A stretch of 64,000 bases of DNA, taken from positions 13,392,001 through 13,456,000 of the forward strand of contig NC_087247.1 of NCBI RefSeq assembly GCF_037042905.1, written 5' to 3'. The position numbers were made by a program, and so were the translations under genes. Below are positions 1 through 13,200 of this stretch, piece by piece. Under the pieces are notes generated by a model, which worked only from the letters and a program-made list of their open reading frames with translations, did no database searches and was not told where the DNA came from. The first letter of the stretch is position 1. Each line of letters starts with the position of its first letter. This stretch comes from Lytechinus pictus. Its lineage: Eukaryota.

Positions 1-131
1 CCAAATGATCCTTCCCATTTAATTATTGTTTATGATTTTGTTTACTTGATCCCTTAGTGCACATTCCAGAAACCATGTCACACTTTCCCCAATCCCCTAA
101 CCTCAATGAGCTATGTAGCCAAAAAGACCAT

Positions 132-312
132 GGGGTGTATCATACAGATTTAAGTATGATTTCGAGTCGCACTTAAATGCTGACGCGTATATGTTACACA
201 ATTCACAATCTTATCGATTTATACACAGTAGTGCGCGTCCTCTTGGCATGATCTGACCAATGCGGTCGTGCCTTGAAACTAAGTCATATCAAAATCTTTG
301 TGAAACACCCCC
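132..312. mobile_element. MITE with GGGGTGT(T/A)TCA.. terminal inverted repeats
   Basis: ggggtgtatcatacagattt ... aaatctttgtgaaacacccc, imperfect TIRs. Confidence 0.7.
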
Positions 313-497
313 CAGGTGGGTGTTTCATGAAGGAGTTTGTAACTTACAAGCAACTTTACGAATGACTCGTGATCCTTTCTTGTGGTTAATGATACACACC
401 AGATTTTATCTATGATGATGCAATATCTAAGAAGCAGTCACTAGTCGTTCATAAAGTCACTTGTAATTTACGAATAGCCTTGTGAAACACCCACCTG
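313..497. mobile_element. Palindromic MITE (GGTGGGTGTTTCA TIR), abutting the previous element
   Basis: caggtgggtgtttcatgaagg ... ccttgtgaaacacccacctg with long imperfect arms; related copy at 5903-6080. Confidence 0.75.
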
Positions 498-597
498 ATA
501 GCTGCTAATATGAAGGCTGTGTAACTTGCCAAGTTCTGGCTATATATGTGATATTCATTTTTACATGTGGACACAAAAGAAAAAGTTTGCAGTGATT

Positions 598-864
598 AAT
601 AATATAGGGTATTTATATTGCGCACATATCCACCTTGTTAGGTGCTCAAGGCGCTCCTATATTACCCGGCTAAGCTAGGCGTTCATAGCGCACACAGCTT
701 TTTAAGGAATTACTTCCTACCGGTACCCATTTACCTCACCTGGGTTGAGTGCAGCACAGTGTGGATCAGTTTCTTGCTGAAGGAAATTACGCCATGGCTG
801 GGATTCGAACCCACGACCCTCTGTTTCAAAGTCCGCAGACTAATCCACTGGGCCACAACGCTCC
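598..864 (-). mobile_element. tRNA-derived SINE, near full length
   Basis: Minus strand: tRNA-like head with A box (tggcccagtgg) and B box (ggttcgaatcc), conserved core gctgcactcaacccaggtgaggtaaatgggtacc, (att)-rich tail; at least 4 related copies in the window. Confidence 0.85.
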
Positions 865-983
865 ACATTAACATTCATCTCATTCATTCAGTCCGTGTCA
901 ATGTCATTCTAGCCTTTTTAGGTGTGTTTTTATCGGAGGATGTGATGTGACAAATGTCTTTCAATGTCCATCCTATTCTTTAG

Positions 984-1215
984 CTGCCCCATGATCAATG
1001 TTCCAGGATTCATGTATCCTGTCAAAGAATACTTCCTTCCTGAAGCTTTAGCAGACCTGGGTATCAATCCCAACAAACACAAGAGCCCGCTCTTTGAGGA
1101 GGGATCCACCGCCAAGGAACAGTCCAAGAAGAGGAAGAAGAATCGGAAAGCGCCACCAACTAACGTTGACCTTGTGGTAGAGGTCGTCAAAGCCATAGAC
1201 AAGAAAAAGCCACTG
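984..1215 (+). CDS. DHX30: DHX30-like exon ([18 protein letters not shown]...DKKKPL)
   Basis: ttctttag acceptor, ctg|gtgagt donor; VPGFMYPV helicase linker motif. Confidence 0.88.
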
Positions 1216-4200
1216 GTGAGTTGTTAGTTTGGTTGGGGAATTTGAGAAAATTTTCTCAAAATCTCAATATCTCTCAAATTTCAATATCTCTCTGTAATAG
1301 GAACAAACCCAGCTGTATTTAGAGAGGCCGCACTGCCATTCATCCGCGCGATGCGGCCTCCTGTTGGGTCTCTTATGCTGTAAACCAAGAGGCAGTTTTT
1401 ACTTGCACGGTGCACATTCACTTTTAATGTATATAAGTGAAATTTCAAATGACTTCACCATGGCACCTCGCACTGATACACAGAATGTTTTCATCCAGGG
1501 ATAGCTTTAAAGCTGCTGTAAGGGATTACTATTCAAGGATTCTAGGGCAATTGTCAGTCTCTTCTGGGGCATGTAGCAGAATGAGTTGGAATCAAATGTA
1601 TCTCCAAAAATCAATAACAACTTGAGTTTCCATCCTTGATTATTACCATCTTTACCACAATATTCTTTTTATTTCAAAAGTGATTACCTGATGCTTAATG
1701 TTCCTTCATTATATGAAAGACTATATTCATATTTTTTTTTAAAGATAATATTTTGCTTGAACTTTGAAATAGTCTTGCTACTTCATCCAATCGAATTTTT
1801 AATAGCTGATTAAATTTTTTCAATTTCCTATTTAATATATTTATACTAATATATCACAGTTGTAATTTGCCTTCTGTTGCCATAACAATGCAACTGGTAG
1901 TAATGTTAATGTCTCACAAACCAGCCATATTCTTTCTTATGTGTCTGAACTGATATATTGTTATTGTTGCATTCAGTTGCCATAGCAATGTCTTTCCTGG
2001 AGGATGTTACTGTCATGAACTTATTCTTTCTTTTGATACCAGGGTGCTATACTTTGCTTCCTTCCTGGTTGGCAAGACATCAGGAGTGTTTATGACAAAT
2101 TACGGGAGGCATGGGGCCAGGTGAGACGCTATAGCCCCATCTTATAAAGAGTTGCGATCAACCTCAATTATATAGAAATTCATCAATGTCATAATTCTTC
2201 CTCCCAGAAATTTTCACGATGTCCTTGGTAAACAAATGGGAGCATATTAAATTGCCAAGAACACAATAAATACATAAAAATACATCATATCTAGAAAAAG
2301 TTTTGAATAAGCATAAATTTTATATGTTGACAGTGTTGGCTTTCCATAATTGTGATTGATCGGATCATTCACAACTCTTTGTAAGTCGGGGCCAGAATCA
2401 TTCAGATGATTGAAAAGCAAGAAAGCCTAAGAAATGATGAACACATGCATATATTGATATTTTATTTATTGTTTGCCTGATAGTAGTTTATGCCTGATTG
2501 CCTGGATGGATTGTGCTATTGATGTAAATTAGCATTGGCGGTAGGAGGAAGGGACCTAAATAGTAATAGTAGTGTTGGTGGTGGCGATGCTGGTGTTAGT
2601 GGTGGCGATGCTGGTGTTGGTGGTGGCGGTGTTGGTGGTGGCGATGCTGGTGTTGGTGGTGGCGGTGTTGGTGGTGGCGATGCTGGTGTTGGTGGTGGTG
2701 GTGTTGGTGGTGGCGATGCTGGTGTTGGTGGTGGTGATGCTGGTTGTGGTGGTGTTGATGTTTTATTATTACTTCACTGAGTTGAAGATTTGACCTTAAG
2801 CCGTAACTAAACTGCTAAAGAGCAAAAACTACTTTATTGGCACATGGTGAGATTTTCACTGTGATATTGAGTTATCAATCAACATGAAAAACTTTAATAC
2901 AAGGAATTGTAGTTTTTAAAACAGGATCAGAAATACATTTTAAATGTGTGAAATATACAATAAATTAGCAAATTAAATGCTTTTGTTATTATTGCAGGAC
3001 AGCAAGCATGAGATCTATCCAGTGCACTCTCATGTGACAGTCGACAATCAGCAAGCCATGTTTGATATGTAAGTTTACACACAACAGACTTATGGTTGGA
3101 TATGACGAGATAAATACGTTTAGATTTCAGCCTAATTTTAGTACCTCCACAGTGTCCTGCAGGGTCATTATCGTTCACAACCCTTTCGCACAGTTATAGC
3201 TGAATGCATAATAGGCCTATTTGTGCATTTAAGTGTACTTAGTAATTAGTATAAATTAACTTCAAATGCAAGATAATTACATCTCATTTGTATTATTTTT
3301 GTTGTGATCAAATTTCAGGAAGCAGCCAGATATTATTTGCTGAAATGCTTGTAATTTGACTGAAAATCATCACTATATTTTCATTATTGTCCTGAGACGA
3401 CTTTTTATCATGTTTTGGATACCCCCATTAATTTTACATCTTACATTGTTTTGCAACATATGTGCACTGAACTTATACCTGGAAAAGAGTGGGTAGGTGT
3501 AAAGAATTAAGACATCTATAAACTCCAGGAACTTGCTTGAATTTTGAATATTTTGCAGAAATACCAAGTACAGCTTTTCTATGTGAGTTATGGTTATTTT
3601 GATTAAATCAAAAGTGGCCAGAAGACTTCAAGCATTTTATATTTTAGTGCCATTTCATTACATAAATTTGTTATTCATGCGTTAAGCCCCATTAAATGTA
3701 ACTTGCCAAAATGTATTAAATGTCATATGTAATGATTTGAATTCAATAACATTTATTTAGTCAAAAATTCTTTGAAAATAGAAAGAAAATGCAAAGATGA
3801 CAAAGTTATATACAGACCAACAACAGCTAAAATTATTACCTGTAATTGTCATGTGGTAGAAAGTTTGATTATGTGAAAGAATCCTTGAAATGTTTAATGC
3901 TGTACTTCATCAAAGAAAATAATTTCAAAATCCATTTTTTTTTCAGACCACCAGTAGGTGTTAGGAAGGTTGTCCTGGCAACAAACGTGGCTGAAACATC
4001 AATCACGATCGGGGATGTAGTGTATGTTGTGAATACTGGAAATCACAAAGAAGAACGTTTTGATTCAGACTTGGGGGTAAGTTTAATCCAAGTTATATTT
4101 CCAACTATTAGTATAAGGGCATTTTTAAAAAATACCCAAATGTCCAAATCCCTTCAGATAGAACCTTCCTCAAATTATTTGTTTCTGTTTTGTTGTTCAT

Positions 4201-7200
4201 TTGAAAAGCTATAGTACTCTCAGATTATTAATGAACGAGCAGTTCATGGAAGTATAAACCAATGAAGAAAAAGGGGGTCGAACTTACAGCATGGTCAATT
4301 ATTTTGTGGAATTGCCCATTAATAACATTTTTACGATATTGTATTGTGTGACCAACTCTCTATTAGCAAAGCATTGCAACTGATGTGGTGGTAATTTAAT
4401 GGGTAATAGTATAAGTTTTTGACTATATTAGATAATTTTGGTTAATCAGCCTTTTGGTCCATTTTTAAGTGTACAATTGGACTGTTAAGTTTTGTAGATT
4501 GCGTTGTGATGAACGTGCTTGCTCATTTCCGTCAAGAACATGCGATGACTACTAAGTTCTCATGGGGGGGATGGTCAGGAAGAATTTACTATGTGAGATT
4601 AGCTCTTTCCCATGTGAGATCAGTCCAATAATATGGCTCTTTTGGCTTTATCAGGGTTAGTCATATTTAATTTTTCAATAGTTAACTAGTTACCTTCTTC
4701 ATGATTTAGCAAGTTTTTCTCTGATATACTTTAATTATAGGTCTCTTGTCTAGACCTTCACTGGACTTCAAAGGCCAACATTAAGCAGAGGAAAGGGAGA
4801 GCAGGACGCCGACAACCTGGTGAATGCTTCCATCTATTTGATGAAGATGTCTACAAAAAGATGAGTAAGTTGGGAATAGGAAATGGCATGCATCTAATTC
4901 TTTTCCTAAAAATAATTTTAGGCCTTCTTCACCCGCCATACGTCGTTGCAAGAAGCAGTGTATTTGAAAGTCATCCATCTGTCCTTCCTGTTATCGATCT
5001 TGCGATAACTAAAGAACCATTTGAGGGATGAACTTGTCAGAAGTATCAGAAAGAAATGATCTGAATAGATTTGGTGATATGAGGGTCAATGTTCAAAGCT
5101 CAGAGGGGTCATTTTATATACATTGGAATATTTTGTTCTCACTACATGTATAAGTAGTTCAAAGGATCAACTTCATACTTTATTCATGGATGTATATTGG
5201 AGGAACGATTATCTATATAGATTTGGGGTCATAAGTTGCAGATGCATATCAGAAAATATCCTGTTCTCAGGATAACGAAAGAGCTGTTGAACGTACCAAC
5301 TTATAACTTGGTTTATGTATGCAAATTTTGAGACTGACAGTTATTTGATTAGATTTTATGGTCTAGAGGTGAAAGGTCATATTTGGTGATTTTAGATGGT
5401 GGATGTGTATTATGTATTTCTAAGCCGACAGTGGCAGAGGCTTGAAGTTCAACTGTGTGCATCCGAGAATCCATCTAGTGTTCACATTCATTTTACTATC
5501 ATCAATAATGCATGAATTATTTATATGCCAGCCAGTTGTGATAATAGTAACTTTAATTTGAAGACAAGGTTAATAATGCAAGAATTTGAAATCAGTTTGT
5601 AAAGACAGAACTTGTTGAAAGGAATGATAAGTGAAACTATTATCAGTAAACAATATAATTTTGTGTAATTCATTGATTACAAAAATATGACATACATTCA
5701 CCTTATGTTCCGATAGAATTCAATATCTGATTCCCATGCTGTATTATATTTCAGGTCAATTTCAGACAGCTGAAATTCTTCGGATACCATTAGAGCAGAT
5801 AGTAGTCCAAGCCAAGGTTCATGATGATGGTGTTTCAGCAGAGAAGTTCCTTGCGCAAGCCATAGAACCACCCCCGTCACAAGCAGGTAAAACCGCTCAA
5901 TCCAGGGTGGGTGTTTTCTAAAGCTGTTCGTAAAGTTACGCATAAATTTTACACATGACTGGAACTTGTTCTTAGGTACTAAGTCATCTACGTAGGAATG
6001 TCATTTAGCACAAGAAAGGGTCACCAGTCACGAGTCAAGTAATTCATAACTTACAAACAGCTTTATGAAACACCCATCAGATGGCTGTTTCAGTTATGCA
6101 TTAATTTTTCCAAAGGACTGGAAAATGTTCTTGTGCTCAATTTGATGCCCACAAAATTTCCCGGTGTTTCAACAAAGTGGGACTTGATTTCTTGACAAGT
6201 GATAACCTTTGCAATCAATTTTTTGTTTTAACACCAAGAATTTTGATTGACAAAGATCACATTTATAAATCATGGATAAGTGGACACACCGCTCTATGGA
6301 GCAGCCTCCTGTGTATTATTAGGAAGGGATAAAAAAAAATAATAAATGTTTGTTATTTCAGTCATATTCTTTTCATAGAAAGACCTATTAATGCTTCACT
6401 GACCAAACAAGTTCAACTGAAATTTAATATACAGAGACAAGTGCCAAAGCAGATATGATTATCCCTGTCAAGTGGAACTATTTTCTTGATTAGTTAAACT
6501 CATAATTTTGATATATGTTATATCCATCGCATATTTGATTGCTTCAAATATCAGGTCAAAGTCATCTCTTGAAATGACCGTGGAATATGAAATGACTTTG
6601 AGGCTCAGATGTACTGGAATTGAAAACATCTAGTAACATTTAACCTTACATAATGATTTTGCCTTGTCCATAACTTGATGTGTAATTCAAGCATTGAGCT
6701 ATGTGTGATTTCTGAATGCCACGGTTCTATATGTTTGACTTGTGCCATAGATGTTCTGCAAGACTTGGTCTCCTCTTTTGGGCGTCATCCAATGTCCATT
6801 AGTGAATACCATGTTGTCCGGTGTCGAGTGCTTTTGGTATACTGCAAGACTTGGCCATCTTAGATGAGAGGGAGGGACTGTTAGCTATTTGAAGGAAGAT
6901 CTCCCCATTTGGATTGATCCAGTGTCCATTAGTGAATACCATGTTTCTTTCTCTCTGTCCAGTGTCTAGTGCCATAGATCTCCTTCAAGACCTGACCATC
7001 CTGGATGAGAAGGAGGAACTGACAGCTCTCGGAAGGAAGATCTCTCGCTTTGGGTCTGATCCTAGGATTGCCAAAGCTGTCATCTATGCTGCCATTTTCA
7101 GGTAACGCCCCCTCCCCTTTTATTACCTCCATATTTTAGTAGAGCACTATCTGTCATTTTCATCAGCCGACCATCTAACTGAAATTGTAAAAGTCAAGTC

Positions 7201-10200
7201 CCTGATAACAAAATAAAAAAGTTAACAGTAATAGCAAGGACACTTGAACAAGAAGCTTATACAAGTAACGCACGTTTACGTCAACTGTAAAGTAAGGGGT
7301 TATTTTTATCACTGGTGTGCTAAATTTTTTGCTGAAATTTTGCTCGTGGCAATTTGTGTGTGGCAAAATTAGAATTTTGTGTTGAAATTAGGATTTTTCT
7401 CAGAAAATAGTAGGATTTGGGGTCCAATTACGTTGGCAGCTCTGTATGTATTTCAAATGGCTTATATTAGTTCTGTTTATCTATTCCCTCAATCCAGATG
7501 CGTGGATCCCATATTAACAATAGCAGCCAGCTTGTGCATAAGAGACCCTTTCAGAGAAAACCTGGATAATAGAAAGCTGATTATGGAGGTAAGGAATAAT
7601 TGTTTCTGTTGTAAGGAAAGAGCTTGAATGGAATGGAGTTTAGTTGTACCTACGAAATGTAATCTACAATGTTTTATTTAGTGAAATTAACGTTTCTGGC
7701 AAATATTAGCTATTGTGTATTGTTCAGTTGATAATATCAGGTTCACAAAGTGAGAATTGAAGTCATAGCCCAGTTCTTTAATAAATAATGCTTGGTTGCA
7801 TTTTTAATAACCCTCTCCTTGTATACTCCCATATAATAGCCTTGATTAATGACATGAATTGTTGTTGAAGTATTCATAATTCTAAGTTCAAGATTATTGA
7901 ATTATTTTATGAATGCATTGAAATTGATGTGGCAAGAAGAAGAAATCTTGATTGGCACAGTCTGTTTCATATTTCTCCCTTTTAAGGGCTAGCTTTTACA
8001 CAAGACAAAAGGTATGTTTACCCAATCTCAAATAAATGTTACTTCTGAATAAAAAGGTTTTGAGGAAAACAACCAATAGTAAGATAGGATTGCTAAGGTC
8101 TCATGATTTAAAAAACAACCAGGGTTCCGTAACACAAAGGTTAGTGATTAATTTTACGCTCGATTTTCACGATTAATTGTACATTATAGTTAATGCAATC
8201 AATCAGAGAAAAAATTAATTGCTAAGCTTTGTGTTACGAGCCCCAGAGTGCTTGAACATTCACCACAACAATAACAAAAATATAAAGTATTACAAAAATA
8301 ACAAAATTAATTCGGAAATTAACTCTTGTGAATTTATGAAAAAAAATAAAACTTTGCATTTGATATTTGCTCAAATGGCACAATGGATTTATTTTTATTT
8401 TTCATAAAAATTTATTAATAAAGTATAGGAATGATCTGACCAACAAATTTTGCCCCAAACCTTCCATTAAAAAATTCTACCATTTTCATTTAGGGGTGAA
8501 CATACATCCATTAATTGATAGAAAATGCAAGAGTTTTGTGGAGAAAGTGAGAGTTATCTTATGAGATTAGCTGTATTTTGTTATTTTTGTATGATATATA
8601 TTTCTTTTTTATAGAAAATGCAAGAGTTTAGTGGAGACAGTGAGAGTGATCATCTGATGAGAGTAGCCATCTACCAAGGCTGGGAGGAGCAGAAGAAGTC
8701 TGGTGGTCAGAGTGCTTCAAGCTATGTTCAGTCCCATCAACTTTATCTTCCAACTCTTCAATTTATCAGAGGTATGCAGTATTATTCAACTCAATGGCAC
8801 GTATGCTGAAGTACGGTTTAACTTTGGCCATGGTCTATCTTTGTGTTAAAATTATGGAAAGCCAAAAATGTCATGATAATAATAATAATTTTCCGCTTTA
8901 ATAGCACTTAATACACCGGAACGATGTGTCTAAGCACTTTACAGATATATTATTACCCCGGTCATCGGATTCAATCAGTCAGTCGTCGGTGAGGCGCACA
9001 AAGTATTAGACAAGCTACATTGACTTTCACATCCTACCGGGTACCCATTTAGCATCTGGGTCGAGAGCGGCAAAGTGTGGATTCGAACACACGACCCTCT
9101 GTTTACAAGGCGAGAGTCAGAACCACTACACCATGGCTCCTAATTCTGTTAACATTGCATGTTTCTCATGTTCACTGTGCTCTTTCACCATGCTAGTATG
9201 GTGAAAACTAATTCAAACATCATTCCCAGACATTAATGAATGATCTGATTAACAGATGAGTTGAGAAAATTAAAATTGTACTGTTAAATATTTGTGTCAC
9301 ATTGGCTATCCATAGTTAACTGTCAACTTTAGACCAGAGTTTGATTTAAAGCTGAAATCAGAATACGGGCCAATGAAACCATGCTCCTGTCTTAGAAAGG
9401 ATCACTTTCTTTCTTGCCTGCACAGCAGAGCGAGAATATAGGCGCTGCTTTTCTGACAGTATTGACGATGGCTTTTGATTTATCGAGATTAGAACCTATA
9501 ACAAAGATGCTATCTTTTAAAGCAAATTTGTAATAAATAGTATAAGACTAATAAAAAACAGATTTCTTATAAAAAAACATTGTGTCAATGCAATTTAATT
9601 TGTAAGAAATCCAGACACATAACCATATTATTCAACATAAGTTACCTTTCCAATTCTGTCAGGTCAAATTTTATGAGCGAGTGTTAATGCAATAAGAAGC
9701 GTCTACCAGAAACTGAAAAGTCATCAAATAGTACGAGTGAAAGTAGAGCTATCAGTGTTAGTTGCGAGTCTCGTGTAAGAAACTCAGAAACTGAAAAGTC
9801 ATCAAATAGTTACAAGTGAAAGTAGAGCTATCAGTGTTAGTTGCGAGTCTCGTGTAAGTTGTGGGGTGGTTAAATGAGCTATGGTAGTATGCAAAGAGGA
9901 AGGTCGTCATGTTCAATTAGTAACCAACACTAACACTCGGCATCAATTCCTTTAGGCGGCATTGGTACGGAGATTGCAAATTCCAAAAGATTTGATGAAG
10001 GATAATTGAGCGGTATTTACTGTGTATTCTATTGCCATGTTTGGAACATTGGCAATCGAGTGGTTGGGTGAGTTGAAGTGGATGACGTAGGGAAAGGTAT
10101 TTTGATTATAAATGTAACCAGGCATCTACCCCTTAATATGACTACTGTGTCTTGCACCAAATACTTAAGCGAAAAAAATGACAAGACGATTGGACGTTGC

Positions 10201-13200
10201 TGATAGACCACAATTTAATCCGAGCTTTCGGCCTTAGGCCTTCTTCATGGGTTCTATGTTAACAAAAACAAACGAAACATATCAATAGTATAGAGGGAGC
10301 AACATATGGACATATAGGCATATACATGTACAAATATAATAACTGATATAACAACATATCAACAACAACGTCGTATATAATATATGCACACATGTATACA
10401 TATACATACATACATACGTATCCACACATACATACGTATCCACACATACAAATATATATATACATATATATGTATCTTAATGGGGGGAAATTTTACCTGG
10501 GTCTTTGGGGTTTTTCGGGCTGATGTGTGCAGTGTCGTGTGTTTGGTTTCTGATGTGATATAATTGGCGTGACTTAAGTTCATTCAAGTGAAACGGAAAA
10601 GGTATACGGTCGAAGTGGATTATGGGTCATTGAACAATACACCGTTATCTCGTAAAATAAGATGTCCAAGTCTGTGAAATTCGAAAGGTTACATTATAAA
10701 AACAAATTATATACAGGCAAGTGACCAGATACGACTTCAAATTGTAATGCAGTACATTAATTGAAATATATATGTTCACAAAAAGCATCGATGATAACAA
10801 TGTCTTGTCATTATCATACGAAATAGGTTTGATACGAATCAGGGTATAACTTAGTCGTAAATAGGTCATAAATTGGGACATATATATATATATAACGTAA
10901 TATCGTTATATTATGTATCTTGTCACTGTGAGCTTTGTATCCCTGACGAAGACATGAGATTTGTGTTGAAAACTTGGAGTAAACTTTGTTGGAACTGCAA
11001 TGCATAACTTCTTTGTCTCCTTTGTCTCATCTGTGTCCAACATGCGGAATGTAATATCGTTATATATATATATATATTTCATAGGCTATGTAGATTTGAA
11101 TCAGTGATAGGTCAATACGCCATCACGTGACCATAGCTTCGAGGATCGCATTTGTTATATTGTAGGTTTTGACGTCACCTCAGTGAATGTAACTGCGTTG
11201 TATTGTCAATTGCGGCGTTATATTCACTAAGGTGACGTCACTCGCTGCTTACAAGTTGCGTAATCAGGTAGTTTGATGTACGCGCTGGTGTTAACGCGTC
11301 GATTGCATGAAGAACGCGCTTGATGTATTTTCCAAATTTTTTCTATTATGACGTAAATGGATCAGAGCTGCAGCAAGAATTTCGGGTAAATCAGAGAGCT
11401 AGATGATAAATGCAATCTCTGATGGCGAATCCACATAGACTATATAATATAACAGATATTGCCTGGTCTATCGTTTTAATTAATAACATTTCAACTCCCC
11501 TCCGAAGCTATATTTTTCCCTCGGGAGAATATTTTCCCTCAGCGCTGTGCGCTTCGGGTAAAATATAATCCCTTGGGAAAAATATAACTCCGTCGGGGAG
11601 AGGAAATGTTATATTCAAACTCTAGGTAGGTAATATCTGTATAATACATGTATATATATAAATAGTTATATTTTACAATCATAAAGCATCATTATTAATA
11701 TGTTAATAAACTTGTGTTCCTAGGATTACGTAGGCAGTTTGCCAGCAATCTAGAAGATTCCGGGATGGTGATGATGTCTGATGAGTGCTTTGATTCTTCA
11801 GCTCGATGCAATGAGAATAGCGATGATCCAGAGCTTATCAAGGTGTGATTCATAGTCACTTTTTATTTTAAATTTTCCAATTACCACTGGCCAATTCCGT
11901 GCAGTGTGGTCAGTGTCTTCAGGAATCTATTCGTCCACTCTACAGTTATAACACTAATAATGATATCATATTTTACCCAGGGTAGCCCCTCCCATTCCGA
12001 AAACTGTTCTCCTAGTAGGCCCTGCTTAACATGATAATGTTATTATTACCCTGGCTTTAGCACAGCTACCTTGATTGGGCAATGGAGCATTTACCTCACC
12101 TGGGTTGAGTGCAGCACGATGTGGGTAAATTTCTCGCTGAAGGGGAAAAATGCCATGGCAGGGAATCGAACCCACGTCCAGAGGGAATGACGAGAGTCTT
12201 AAAGGTCAAGTCCACCCCAGAAAATTGTTGATTGAATCGATAGAGAAAATTTCATCGAAATCGGATGTAAATTAAGAACGTTATGACGTTTTTAAGTTTC
12301 GCTTATATTCCACAAAACAATTAAATGCACAACTCAGCGATATGCAATGAGAGAGTCGATGATGTCCATCACTCACTATTTCTTTTGTTTTTTATTGTTT
12401 GAATAATACAATATTTCAATTTTTAAAGATTTTACAATAAGGACCAACTTAACTTAACCATTAAGTGTTAAAATAATGGTAATTCCACATGTTCAGGGAG
12501 AAATAAAACTTTGTTTCACTTGACAAGGAGGAGAAAATTAGAATATTTCATATAATAAAATACAAAAGAAATAGTGAGTGGGTGACGTCATCAGTCTGCC
12601 AATTTGCATACCGACCAGGATGTGCATATAACTGTTTTTGTAAAATTAAGCAAAACTTTAAAATGTCATAACTTTCTTATTTTACATCCGATTTTGATGA
12701 AATTTTCAGTGGTTTGCTTGTTGGATTTTTCTCCTTTTTTTCAAATCAACTTTTTGTTGGGGTGGACTTGTCCTTTAACTACTAGACTATGACCCCCCCA
12801 CAGGCCAACACTGATAAGAGAAATGAACTATGCCAGGAAAAAAATGGCAAACTGGCAATAATGAAATAAATCGATAGTATTTCAATGAAAGAGAAGAGTA
12901 TATCTTTTGTTTTTCAAGAGGTGCAAATTGTGATCAGTCATGTTTGATTTATTATAAATCATTAGCTGCATTGATGCATCTTTTCGGAAATTTGTATCAA
13001 ACGAAAGCATATCATCTCATCTCTCTAAAAAAAATGAAATGAATCATGATCACTGAAGCTTATCATGATCATTGAATCATTTTCAGTTTTGCTTCAATGA
13101 TCACTAAGTAACAGATCTGGGGGTGCCAGAGATTTTTCATTTAAGTGGTCACTATAAGGATTTTAGTTAGCTTTAGCTTATATTTTTGTACCAAAGATAT

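Noticed and set aside
790-864. tRNA gene on the minus strand
   Set aside because: A and B boxes are present, but the sequence continues into a repeated SINE body and tail found in several copies; it is a SINE head
1321-1420. H/ACA snoRNA or HDV-like ribozyme call
   Set aside because: No H box between the hairpins, and P1.1 and J4/2 do not fit; kept only as an unclassified structure
2535-2793. Gly-rich and Val-rich ORFs
   Set aside because: Translations of an intronic GGT minisatellite
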